Below are positions 14,994 through 23,622 of a DNA stretch of 64,000 bases, in pieces (the stretch's first letter is position 1; each line of letters starts with the position of its first letter). Below the pieces are notes generated by a model that saw only the letters and a program-made list of their open reading frames with translations, did no database searches and was not told the DNA's origin. The stretch comes from Candidatus Dormiibacterota bacterium (GTDB taxonomy: Bacteria; Chloroflexota; Dormibacteria; Aeolococcales; Aeolococcaceae), in NCBI GenBank assembly GCA_003142035.1, contig PLOF01000050.1:191-64190 (forward strand), written 5' to 3'. The position numbers and the translations under genes were made by a program.

Positions 14994-15830
14994 ATGAGCC
15001 CCTTCACGGACTACAGCATTCTCAACCCGGCAGCCTCATTGGGCGGCCGCACCGGGGTCGCCGAGGCGACCGTGCTCGTCGTCGACGACGACCCCTCGAT
15101 GCACGACATCCTCACCGTCCTCGGGCAGCAGCACGGCTTCAGCATCCAGTTTGCGGAGGATGGCCTGGACGGCGTGCGTCTCGCCGAGTCCAGTGACATC
15201 GACCTGATCATCCTCGACCTGACCCTGCCGGGCCTCACCGGGTTCGACGTCTGCCGGCGCCTCCGGGCCGCCGGTGTCGAGGTCCCGATCGTGATGGTCT
15301 CCGCCAGCTCCGACCCCGTGGACGTCGTGGTCGGGTTGGAGATCGGCGCCGACGACTACATCATCAAGCCCTTCGAGGTCAGAGAGCTCGCCGCGCGTAT
15401 CAACGCCAAGCTCCGCCGTCAGCGGACGACCCAGTCCCAGGTCCGGCCGGGACGCCTCAAGTTCCCCGGACTGATCGTCGACGTGGGCCGCCACGAGGTG
15501 CTGCGCGACGGCAAGCCGGTCACCCTCACCCCCACCGAGTTCGACCTCCTGGCGCTCCTCTCGGCCTCGCCGGGACGGGTCATCTCGCGCTCCGAGATGA
15601 TCCAGAAGGTGTGGGGCCAGGGCGCCGATCTCGACCTCCGCTCGGTGGACGCACACGTGTACCGGCTGCGCCGCAAGATCGAGCCGGAGGGACCGCGTCC
15701 CACCTACATCCACGCCGTCCCCGGGATCGGCTACCGCTTCGAGCGGCGGGGCCTCAACGAGCGCCTCGCCAAGGCTCAGGAGATCCCCCCCGGGGCCAAC
15801 GGCCTCCAGCCGGTCGCGGGCCAGAGCTGA
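14994..15830 (+). CDS. OmpR/PhoB-family response regulator
   Basis: Receiver (VLVVDDD..ILDLTLPG..KPF) plus a winged-helix domain (LTPTEFDLLALL..VDAHVYRLRRKI..GIGYRF). ATG 14994 follows GGGAACGACAGG. Confidence 0.9.
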   Translation: MSPFTDYSILNPAASLGGRTGVAEATVLVVDDDPSMHDILTVLGQQHGFSIQFAEDGLDGVRLAESSDIDLIILDLTLPGLTGFDVCRRLRAAGVEVPIVMVSASSDPVDVVVGLEIGADDYIIKPFEVRELAARINAKLRRQRTTQSQVRPGRLKFPGLIVDVGRHEVLRDGKPVTLTPTEFDLLALLSASPGRVISRSEMIQKVWGQGADLDLRSVDAHVYRLRRKIEPEGPRPTYIHAVPGIGYRFERRGLNERLAKAQEIPPGANGLQPVAGQS

Positions 15831-15877
15831 TCATTTCCTGCACCGGCCATGCCCGGGATGAGGGGAGGCCGCCAGGT

Positions 15878-16279
15878 TCAGGCCAGACCGCTGTGGTGAC
15901 GGCGCGGAGCGCGACGGTGTTGACCGTCCGGCTGCTGAAGCACCCACTGACCCCGCTCGTTGAGCTCAGCCGGCCGAGCGTCCACGAGCTGATTGGTGAG
16001 GAGCGACAGCGTCCTGCCCTGGGGCAGCGAAAAGTCGAGACAGGGCATGACGTCGCCGCTCCAGACGCGACGCTCCGTCTGGCCGCCGTAGATCGCCACG
16101 CTGCGGGTGACCCTGCGCTGGCTGGATCCGCCCACGGAATACGAGATCCGGTACATCTCTCCCGATCGCAGCACGAAGTGGTCCACGGGGTTGGCTTCGT
16201 TCTCGCGGAAGCCATCCCGGGTCAGGCGACGGCGCGGGGTCGTATCAGAGCTACTGAAGAGAGTGGGTTGTACGGTCAT
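15878..16279 (-). CDS. Hypothetical protein (134 aa)
   Basis: This is the C-terminal part of ORF 15878..16741. It has high third-position GC from ATG 16279 onward. The upstream part of that ORF is antisense to parA. Confidence 0.5.
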   Translation of the reverse strand: MTVQPTLFSSSDTTPRRRLTRDGFRENEANPVDHFVLRSGEMYRISYSVGGSSQRRVTRSVAIYGGQTERRVWSGDVMPCLDFSLPQGRTLSLLTNQLVDARPAELNERGQWVLQQPDGQHRRAPRRHHSGLA

Positions 16280-16492
16280 CTTGATGCGATTATCCGGGGC
16301 GGCTCCAGCCATTCCGGCAGACGCCGGGTCGCGGGCGCGTAACGGTCGGGTCGCCATTCGCCGGCCCCGAGCCACCAGGAGCGCCGCCACACCGCTTTCG
16401 CAGGCAAGATACGACGGGGCGAATCGGACGCCTGACGTGACCGGATTTGACCAAGGTTCGGTGGCGTGACAGCTGCAGCCCCGGAGGTGAGC

Positions 16493-17260
16493 ATGGGCAT
16501 CGGGATCGCCTGCGTGTCCGGGAAGGGTGGGGTGGGCAAGACGACCACCGCCATCAACCTGGCGGCGGCTCTCGCCGAGCGCGGCCGGCTGGTGCTGACC
16601 GTGGACTGCGACCCGCAGTCCAATCTCACGAGCGGCCTGGGGCTGAACCCCTACGAGGTCCAGCCCAGCCTGGGCGACGTGCTCATCGGTCGGGCGACAG
16701 CGGGCCAGGCCATCGTCACCACCGAGTGGGCAAACCTGCATCTGCTCCCCGCGACGCCCGACCTCACCGCGACCGAGGCGGAGCTCCCCTCAGGGCTGCA
16801 CCGGGAAACCTTGCTGCGCGACGCCCTGGACCGGGACGGGACCTCGGCCGCCTACGACTTCATCCTCTACGACACCCCGCCCAACTTCGGTTTCCACACC
16901 GTCAACGCCCTGGCCGCGACCAACTACGTGATCATCCCGCTCCAGATGTCGGGCTTCGCCGTCCGCGGGCTCAAGGAGGTGCTGCGGGCGGTCAACCTGG
17001 CGCGCAGCCGGCTCAACCCAGAGCTACAGGTGCTCGGCATGGTGCCCACCTTCGTCAACCTCCGCACCAACTTCAGCCAGCAGCTCCTGAGCGGGCTTGC
17101 CGACCTGGCCGGACTGCGCATCTTCCAGACCCTGATCCCTCCGACCGTGAAGCTCCAGGAGACGTCTCTGGCCGGTGTCCCGATCGTCGCGTACGCCCCC
17201 ACCTCGAAGGCGGCCGCAGCGTACCGGCAGCTGGCCGAGGAGGTCCTCCAGGTTGTCTGA
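16493..17260 (+). CDS. ParA/Soj-family ATPase
   Basis: Deviant Walker [17 protein letters not shown], plus DCDPQ. ATG 16493 lies 5 nt after GGAGGTGA. Confidence 0.9.
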   Translation: MGIGIACVSGKGGVGKTTTAINLAAALAERGRLVLTVDCDPQSNLTSGLGLNPYEVQPSLGDVLIGRATAGQAIVTTEWANLHLLPATPDLTATEAELPSGLHRETLLRDALDRDGTSAAYDFILYDTPPNFGFHTVNALAATNYVIIPLQMSGFAVRGLKEVLRAVNLARSRLNPELQVLGMVPTFVNLRTNFSQQLLSGLADLAGLRIFQTLIPPTVKLQETSLAGVPIVAYAPTSKAAAAYRQLAEEVLQVV

Positions 17261-17903
17261 TCCTTCCGAGGTCGAGGGCACCCCGAGCGACGCCGCCAGC
17301 CTCGCTCTTCACGCCGGTCCCCTGGCCCGCTGGCTGGCCCCAACGTCCCAGTCACGGCTGGAGCGCATCCCCTGCAGCGATGTTGACACCCGTCCGTGGC
17401 CCGACCCGCCGGGCGGCGATTTGCTGGCTCTCACCCGCAGCATCCGCCACCGCGGCATCGTGGAACCGCTGCTGCTCCGCCCGACCGAGGGGTCGCGCTT
17501 CCAGGTCGTGCTGGGTGCCCGCCGGCTGGAGGTGGCTCGCCGGTTGGGTCTGACCGAGGTCCCTGCCATCGTTCGAGAGCTCGACGAGGCGGAGGCCACC
17601 CTGGTCGCGGTCTGGAACGCCCTGCCCCGCCTGCAGCCCGGACAGATGATCGAGGTGGCGGCGCGCCTGACCGCGGCCGGTGTGACCGAGGCGGAGATCG
17701 CCCTCCTCCTCGCCAGCGGAGATCCGGAGACCCTCCCCGGGCCACCCCGCGACTGGCCTCTCCGCGCCGACTCCGTGCCGCTCCGCTTCTCCGGTTCGAT
17801 GACGCCAGTGCACCGCCTGCTGGACGCACTCGGGCCCGAGCGGAAAGCGGCACTCTCGGCACTGCACGGCGTCGACCCCGCGCGGCTCGCCGGCTCCGTC
17901 TGA
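17253..17903 (+). CDS. Short ParB-like protein (ParB N-terminal domain plus HTH)
   Basis: [35 protein letters not shown] matches the ParB box region. The proposed TTG start at 17253 overlaps the parA stop and is uncertain. Confidence 0.65.
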   Translation: MSDPSEVEGTPSDAASLALHAGPLARWLAPTSQSRLERIPCSDVDTRPWPDPPGGDLLALTRSIRHRGIVEPLLLRPTEGSRFQVVLGARRLEVARRLGLTEVPAIVRELDEAEATLVAVWNALPRLQPGQMIEVAARLTAAGVTEAEIALLLASGDPETLPGPPRDWPLRADSVPLRFSGSMTPVHRLLDALGPERKAALSALHGVDPARLAGSV

Positions 17904-17946
17904 GAGGATCGTCGCAACCCGAACCGTCACCTGGGATGAATGCCGC

Positions 17947-18537
17947 GTGACCACCCGCAAGCCCAAGCTGGCGCACTCCGAGGAGGAGCTCCTCGAGCAG
18001 TGGGACTTCCTGGACCGGCTGGTTGAGAGGCAGGCGGCGCGGCTCCGAGCCGGGATCCAGGATGCGGAGGAACCCGATGAACCTGCCGCAGGGCTCGCCG
18101 AGGTGGACGGCCTGCGCCGGGACCTCGACCGCCTGCGGGCAGAACTGCGATCCGCGGAGGCGGCGCGCGCGGTCGCCGCCGAGGAGGCCCGGCGCTCCCG
18201 TGAGGCGCTCACGGCCCTCACCGCGACGCAGCAGCAGCGTCTGCCCGAGGAACATGCCATGCGCCAGCGTCACCGGACCCTGGAGCGCGAGGCGTCAGGG
18301 TGGAGAGAGCGCGCGGCGGCGGCCGAGCGAGAACTGACGGCCAGGGACGAACAGGCACGGGCGCTGGTGGCCGACCTCACCAGGCGGATCGGAGCGGCAG
18401 AGGCATCGCGCCAGCAGGCTGAGCGACGGCTCGCCGACGCTGCGGCTGGGCTGAATGCTGCCCAGGCCGAGATAGAAAGCCTGCACGAGCAGCTCGCCTC
18501 GGCGCAGCACGGCTTCTGGCGCTTCGGACGTCGCTGA
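17947..18537 (+). CDS. Coiled-coil protein (196 aa)
   Basis: Continuous heptad-like A/E/R/L-rich sequence. GTG start. Confidence 0.6.
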   Translation: MTTRKPKLAHSEEELLEQWDFLDRLVERQAARLRAGIQDAEEPDEPAAGLAEVDGLRRDLDRLRAELRSAEAARAVAAEEARRSREALTALTATQQQRLPEEHAMRQRHRTLEREASGWRERAAAAERELTARDEQARALVADLTRRIGAAEASRQQAERRLADAAAGLNAAQAEIESLHEQLASAQHGFWRFGRR

Positions 18538-18554
18538 GGCCGGCCCCCGGTCCT

Positions 18555-19331
18555 CTACGCGGGAGCGCCGGCAGTGGGATGCCGGCCCTGGGCCATGGCG
18601 ATGAACTGCCGCAAGGCCGCCGCCGGCACCGGCCGGGTGGCGACCTCGTGGAGCAGGCTCTTGGCCTCGTCGAGCAACTGCGGGTCGGGGAGCTCACCCT
18701 TCCCAGACGTGGCCACCACCCATCCCGACGAGAACCAGAGCACGGTCTCGAAGGCCAGCCCGCTCACAATCAGGCCATTGAGCAGCGAGTCGGTGATGCG
18801 GGAAAGCGGCCGCTTCGCGTTACTGACAACAATGCCCCGAATTCGCTCCAACACGCCTAGTTGCTCCGCGAGCCCGACCGTCAGCGCCGCAGCCCGCAGC
18901 GAAAGCAGGTCGAGCGCGGTCGGGATGACAATCCGGTCGGCCACCGACATGGGGCCCAGCAGCGACGGCTCATGAGGGTGCGTGTCGATCAAGACGACGT
19001 CAACATCTTCAAGCACAGGCTCGATAAGTGCACGAAGCTGCTGCTCATGCAGAGGCTCGTGGTTGAGGCTGCGGTGGCCGGGAACGGTCTTGATGCCGAG
19101 CGGGTGATCGACGAGCGCCTCTCGGAGGGTGAGTCGTCCGTGGAGAACGTCAGCGATGCTGGTGCTGCGCTTGGCCTTCTCCAGAGCGTTGCTCAGCCCC
19201 CCGGTGGGATCGAGGTCAATGGCGATGACGCGCAGGCCGCTGGCTGCCGCGGCTGCCGCCAGTGCGTAACTGGTAGTTGTCTTGCCAACGCCACCTTTCA
19301 GTGACGCGATTGTGATTATTTCTGCAGCCAC
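18555..19331 (-). CDS. Second ParA/MinD-like ATPase
   Basis: Walker [15 protein letters not shown], plus IDLDP. GTG 19331 gives VAAEIITIASLKGG. ATG 19403 is an alternative start. Confidence 0.8.
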   Translation of the reverse strand: MAAEIITIASLKGGVGKTTTSYALAAAAAASGLRVIAIDLDPTGGLSNALEKAKRSTSIADVLHGRLTLREALVDHPLGIKTVPGHRSLNHEPLHEQQLRALIEPVLEDVDVVLIDTHPHEPSLLGPMSVADRIVIPTALDLLSLRAAALTVGLAEQLGVLERIRGIVVSNAKRPLSRITDSLLNGLIVSGLAFETVLWFSSGWVVATSGKGELPDPQLLDEAKSLLHEVATRPVPAAALRQFIAMAQGRHPTAGAPA

Positions 19332-19350
19332 ACACGTAGAATATCTCGGG

Positions 19351-21180
19351 ATGGCAACAGCCGCACCCTTTGTCAAACTCCTGCGACAACTCGCATCAGC
19401 CAAAGACGACTATCGGACTGGTGCGCTCGACATCACCTGGGTCGGCGGCAGGGCGAGCCTGTTTCTGGTATTCGGGCAGCCAAACCACGCGGTCGCGGAG
19501 GTGGGTGACCGCCACCTGGAGGGGGTGGAGGCCCTGGCGGCACTCGTGACGCAGCTGCCACCGCGTTTTGAGCTGTCTCCCTGGCGCAAGGAGGTGGTGC
19601 GGACCGAGACGCTCAGCTGCACCCTCGACGAGCTGATGGAGCCGTTTGCCCAGCTGGCCGGCGCCGCGTCGCCGGGCGACGCCCTCGCGTCCGGCTCGGT
19701 CGGGTCGGGAGCCGCCAACGGCGGCTCAGCGCCCGAGACCGACTTCGGTCTCGCGGATTTCCCGCTGCTCCCGCTCGGGCCCTCCCTCTGGTCTGACGCG
19801 TCAGCGAGTGTCGTCCATCTCGACGTCCTGATCCCCAACCTGCCGGACGCGCTGATCGTCCTCACCGGGCCCAAGCTGCGTGCTGCCGCGATCGTCGTCC
19901 GTCACCAACTGATCGACGCGGTCTGGGTCGACGAGGAGGACCGCATGGTGGGCGAGGCCGCCGGCATGGCCGTGATGGGGGCACGCGTCGGCAGCGTATC
20001 CGGCTATCGGCTGGAGACTCCCAAGCTCGCCGAGGCCCTCACCATGCTCTGGCGCTGCCCGGCGGTCTACCGCGAGATGCCCGCCTCCTGGGTCAACGCC
20101 GACAACCTCCTCCAGGATCTCGAGGGGCGCCGCCGCGACAGCGCGATCGTGGTGACCGGTGGCGTCCGCGGGGTGGCCCTGGTCGCCGGCGGGAAACTGC
20201 TCGGTGTCTACACTGAGACCGACCGCCAACCGGTGGCATCGCCCGAGAGGCTGACCGAGCTTCTGCGGGACCCGCGCGCCAGGGTCACCCTCCGCCAGAG
20301 CCCGGAGGAGCGGCAGACCAATCACCTCCCCGAGACCGCCTACCACGCCTTTGTCGCGGACGCCGCCGAGGCACCGGCACCGCTCTCCGAGGTGCTCGCC
20401 GCCATCACGGCCTCCAGCCGGTACGCGGCCTCCGCGCTGCCTGCGACCGACCCGAGCGAATCCGTCGACGCCACCGCCAAGCTGGAGCTCACCCCCGAGG
20501 AGCCGGAGGCGGAGGAGGCGCAGTCCATGCCCGTCTCCGCACCGTCAGCCCCCGCACAACTCGTGGCTTCGAAGTGGGCGATGCCCGACGACCTCATGAC
20601 CTCCCCGGAGCAAACGCCTCCTGCGGAGGAGCGGGCCGCTCCACCCTCGGAGCGCCCAACGACCTTCTCCGAACCGGCTCCCATGACCTGGCCCGCGCCC
20701 CCGGTCGAGTCGGTCCCCACCATCCCGGTGGATCTCGGCGGCGCGTCAGGAGATCCGCCCTGGCCGCCCCTCCCCCTCGCCAACGTGAACGAGGAGGAGG
20801 GCACGCTGCCCGCGTGGGGTCAGACGTACAGCCCGGTCCCCGCCCCCGATGCCTCGCCCAGCGCGACCCCACAGGGTCCAGCGCAATTCGCGCAGTTCGA
20901 CTTCTCGCCTGCCCTGGAGGTCCTGGCGGAAGCCGGCGCGAGTGCCGACTTCGAAGGGATGAAGGCGGACCTGATCCAGATCGGCGTCCTCTGGCTGGGA
21001 ACAGACGGCGTGGCACCGGTGGCGGAGATGCTCCGCCGGACGCGGCCGTCCATTCAGGATGTGATGGCCACCATCGAGGCTATCAAGCACGTCGACCTGC
21101 CCGGTTTCGAGACCTCGGTGGTCCAGGCGATGGCTCGCGAGATGCACTACCACGCCGCTGAGTACCTGAGCGGCCTCTGA
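19351..21180 (+). CDS. DUF4388/PATAN-like N-terminal domain protein with a long Pro-rich linker
   Basis: The N-terminus (LLRQL..TGALDITWVGGRASLFLVFGQPNHAV..EGVEALAALV) follows the DUF4388 pattern. It is followed by a P/A/E-rich low-complexity stretch and a roughly 90-aa C-terminal domain. Confidence 0.65.
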   Translation: MATAAPFVKLLRQLASAKDDYRTGALDITWVGGRASLFLVFGQPNHAVAEVGDRHLEGVEALAALVTQLPPRFELSPWRKEVVRTETLSCTLDELMEPFAQLAGAASPGDALASGSVGSGAANGGSAPETDFGLADFPLLPLGPSLWSDASASVVHLDVLIPNLPDALIVLTGPKLRAAAIVVRHQLIDAVWVDEEDRMVGEAAGMAVMGARVGSVSGYRLETPKLAEALTMLWRCPAVYREMPASWVNADNLLQDLEGRRRDSAIVVTGGVRGVALVAGGKLLGVYTETDRQPVASPERLTELLRDPRARVTLRQSPEERQTNHLPETAYHAFVADAAEAPAPLSEVLAAITASSRYAASALPATDPSESVDATAKLELTPEEPEAEEAQSMPVSAPSAPAQLVASKWAMPDDLMTSPEQTPPAEERAAPPSERPTTFSEPAPMTWPAPPVESVPTIPVDLGGASGDPPWPPLPLANVNEEEGTLPAWGQTYSPVPAPDASPSATPQGPAQFAQFDFSPALEVLAEAGASADFEGMKADLIQIGVLWLGTDGVAPVAEMLRRTRPSIQDVMATIEAIKHVDLPGFETSVVQAMAREMHYHAAEYLSGL

Positions 21181-21203
21181 CCGGCCGACCTGGAGACTCA
21201 ACC

Positions 21204-21512
21204 GTGAACTCGGTGCTCAATGCCGTCACCGGACACGCCGCCATCCTGCTGGCTGTGGTGGCGATCCTCGAGGGGGTGCTCACCGCCTGGCTCTTCCGCC
21301 GCAACGACGAGCTGCGGATGCGGCTGCGCCGAGCCCGCGAGGCCGCCGACCAGGCGGCGCGAACCGCAGCGCTCGCCGCGCCAGGTGGCATCGACCCGGA
21401 GATCGTGATCCAGCTCATTCGCTCCGGTCAGTCTCCGACACTCGACGTGGTCCACACCCTCATGGAGCAGCGAGAGGCTGCCGATGCCGCCGCCGACCCC
21501 GCGGAGCTCTAG
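21204..21512 (+). CDS. Small single-pass membrane protein
   Basis: One TM (AAILLAVVAILEGVLTAWLF), high third-position GC, GTG start. Confidence 0.5.
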   Translation: MNSVLNAVTGHAAILLAVVAILEGVLTAWLFRRNDELRMRLRRAREAADQAARTAALAAPGGIDPEIVIQLIRSGQSPTLDVVHTLMEQREAADAAADPAEL

Positions 21513-22084
21513 GTGTCGATGTCCAGGTAGGCGAGCGCGGCCAGCTGCCAGGTGAGTTGGGCAGCCTCCTCCCGCAGCCGGTAAAGAGCGTCCTCTGTCA
21601 TCCGGAGCATCTGAACGCTCTGCCGGATCGACCACCCGGAGCGTTCCGTCACCGCCCCTGCGCCGAGCCGGCGGGGACGGCTGATGGGCCTGGGAGCATG
21701 CAGGGCCCATCCGGTGGGTGGCCCCCCGCGCGAGCTGGGCATGGGGGCCACCTGAAACTCGTCCGGCGGCTGGGGCGGCGCCGACGGGACTGCGGGCGGC
21801 CTTCCGGCCGGCTCGCGCATGACGGGGAGGCCTGCCGGCGCAGGAGGAGGGACCGAGACCCCGGCGAGGTCGAGCACACCGGCCGGCCAGACCATCTCGC
21901 CGCTCGCCAGAGCGGCCAGGGCGGCGGCCAGGTCCTCGCCCGTGTCGAAGACGCTCCCCTCGCCGAACCAATCCTCTCCGAGGAGCTCGTCGGCGGCTGG
22001 CGCGGGGAATTCGAAAGGCGGGAGCGTCACCACACACGCCTCCCCTCGCAGGCTGGGCAGCCTGAGCTCATGCAGTAGTCCCAT
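21509..22084 (-). CDS. Hypothetical protein with an excisionase/MerR-like HTH tail
   Basis: C-terminal WSIRQSVQMLRMTEDALYRLREE resembles short HTH_17-type domains. Trimmed to ATG 22084. Divergent from cpaF-1. Confidence 0.5.
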   Translation of the reverse strand: MGLLHELRLPSLRGEACVVTLPPFEFPAPAADELLGEDWFGEGSVFDTGEDLAAALAALASGEMVWPAGVLDLAGVSVPPPAPAGLPVMREPAGRPPAVPSAPPQPPDEFQVAPMPSSRGGPPTGWALHAPRPISRPRRLGAGAVTERSGWSIRQSVQMLRMTEDALYRLREEAAQLTWQLAALAYLDIDT

Positions 22085-22251
22085 GAACGGTGCTGAGGAG
22101 CACATGGTAGACGGGAGGCGCCCGGCGGCTTGGAAAAGATCGTGTATCGAATGTGTTGCCTTGCCCTACCATCGGTGGAGACGGGCGAGAATCGCCCTTG
22201 GCGGCCCTTCAGCTGGATGGCCGTCCGTGGTGCCCAAGAGGAGTCCCATCT

Positions 22252-23544
22252 GTGAGCGTCGCCGCCAACTCCCGCCTCGACAACCGCTACATGGAGGCCC
22301 TGGGGCCGATTCGGCCGCTGGTCGAGGACGACAGCCTGACCGAGATCATGGTCAATGGTCCCGAGATGGTGTACGTCGAGCGCAAGGGCAAGATCCTGCT
22401 GACCGACATCCGCTTCGATGACGAGGCCCACCTCATGCGGGTCATCGACACCATCGTCTCGTCGGTCGGCCGGCGGGTCGACGCGCGGACACCCCTCTGC
22501 GATGCCCGGCTCCTGGACGGATCGCGCGTCAACGCCTGCATCCCGCCGGTGGCCCTCGACGGCCCCCTGCTGACCATCCGGAAGTTCTCGAAGGATCCCT
22601 ATCAGGTTTCCGACCTGATCGGTTTCGGGACCATCACCCAGGAGGGCGCCTCGTTCGTCCAGGCGTGCGTCCTGGCCCGGGCCAACATCATCGTCTCCGG
22701 CGGCACCGGTACCGGGAAGACGACCCTCCTCAACGTCTGCTCCGGGTTCATCCCGATCGACGAGCGGATCATCACCATCGAGGACGCGGCCGAGCTCCAG
22801 CTCCACCAGGAGCACGTGTGCCGGCTCGAGTCGCGCCCGCCGGACGTCAACGGCGAGGGCCGCGTCAACATCCGCGATCTGGTCGTCAACTCCCTGCGGA
22901 TGCGCCCCGACCGCATCGTCATCGGCGAGTGCCGCTCCGGTGAGGCTCTCGACATGCTCCAGGCCATGAACACCGGCCACGACGGATCGATGACGACGAT
23001 CCACGCCAACTCTGCCCGTGAGACCCTCTCGCGGCTCGAGACCCTGGTCCTGATGGCCGGCATGGATCTGCCCCTGAAGGCCATCCGCCAGCAGGTTGCC
23101 AGCGCCATCAACCTGATCATCCAGCTGGCGCGCCTCAAGGATGGCTCGCGCAAGATCGTCTCGGTCACCGAGGTCGTGGGGATGGAGGGCGACACCATCA
23201 CCATGCAGGAGATCTTCAAGTTCGAGTCCAGGGGCGCCGATCCGGCGACCGGGAAGATCGTGGGCGACTTCAGCTCCACCGGCATCCGGCCGAAGATCAT
23301 CGACCGCCTCTTCGACATGGGGGTTCCCCTTCCGCCGCGTCTGGCCCAGCTCTTCCCCGATCGCCGCCAGCTTCAGCAGGAAGCGCTGATGGCGGCGGCG
23401 GGCAGGCAGATGGGCAACGGCGCTGCACAGCCGGCGCAGCCGCCTCCGGGCTTCGGCGGTCCTCCCGGGCTGGGACTGCCGCCGAGCATGCCGCCCGGGA
23501 TGGGGATGCCACCCGTCGGCCCCGGAGGATCGCGCGGCCGCTGA
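22252..23544 (+). CDS. cpaF: CpaF/TadA-type pilus secretion ATPase, copy 1 (short N-terminus, Pro/Gly-rich tail)
   Basis: Walker A GGTGTGKTT, Asp box, Walker B, His box (TGHDGSMTTIHAN). GTG 22252 lies 8 nt after AGGAG. Confidence 0.92.
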   Translation: MSVAANSRLDNRYMEALGPIRPLVEDDSLTEIMVNGPEMVYVERKGKILLTDIRFDDEAHLMRVIDTIVSSVGRRVDARTPLCDARLLDGSRVNACIPPVALDGPLLTIRKFSKDPYQVSDLIGFGTITQEGASFVQACVLARANIIVSGGTGTGKTTLLNVCSGFIPIDERIITIEDAAELQLHQEHVCRLESRPPDVNGEGRVNIRDLVVNSLRMRPDRIVIGECRSGEALDMLQAMNTGHDGSMTTIHANSARETLSRLETLVLMAGMDLPLKAIRQQVASAINLIIQLARLKDGSRKIVSVTEVVGMEGDTITMQEIFKFESRGADPATGKIVGDFSSTGIRPKIIDRLFDMGVPLPPRLAQLFPDRRQLQQEALMAAAGRQMGNGAAQPAQPPPGFGGPPGLGLPPSMPPGMGMPPVGPGGSRGR

Positions 23545-23575
23545 GCGGCGCTCTTCTCACGGCTCGGCGCGCGCC

Positions 23576-23592
23576 GTGGGGGTCTCCCCCAC
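23576..23592. terminator. Short hairpin between the convergent cpaF-1 and REC-EAL genes
   Basis: gtggggg-tct-cccccac, a 7-bp stem with no U-tract. Confidence 0.3.
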
Positions 23593-23622
23593 TCACGCGC
23601 ACGCCCAACCGGATCCGGCGCC

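Noticed and set aside
16280-16741. N-terminal 154 codons of ORF 15878..16741 (-)
   Set aside because: This part overlaps parA on the opposite strand and is Arg/Gly/Ala junk. Only the part from ATG 16279 looks coding.
16493-17903. Canonical chromosomal parAB partition locus at the origin
   Set aside because: No dnaA, dnaN, rsmG, rnpA or DnaA-box cluster is nearby. The ParB-like protein is short with a degenerate GERR motif, and a second ParA-like gene and a coiled-coil gene are attached. It is treated as an orphan Par-like module instead.
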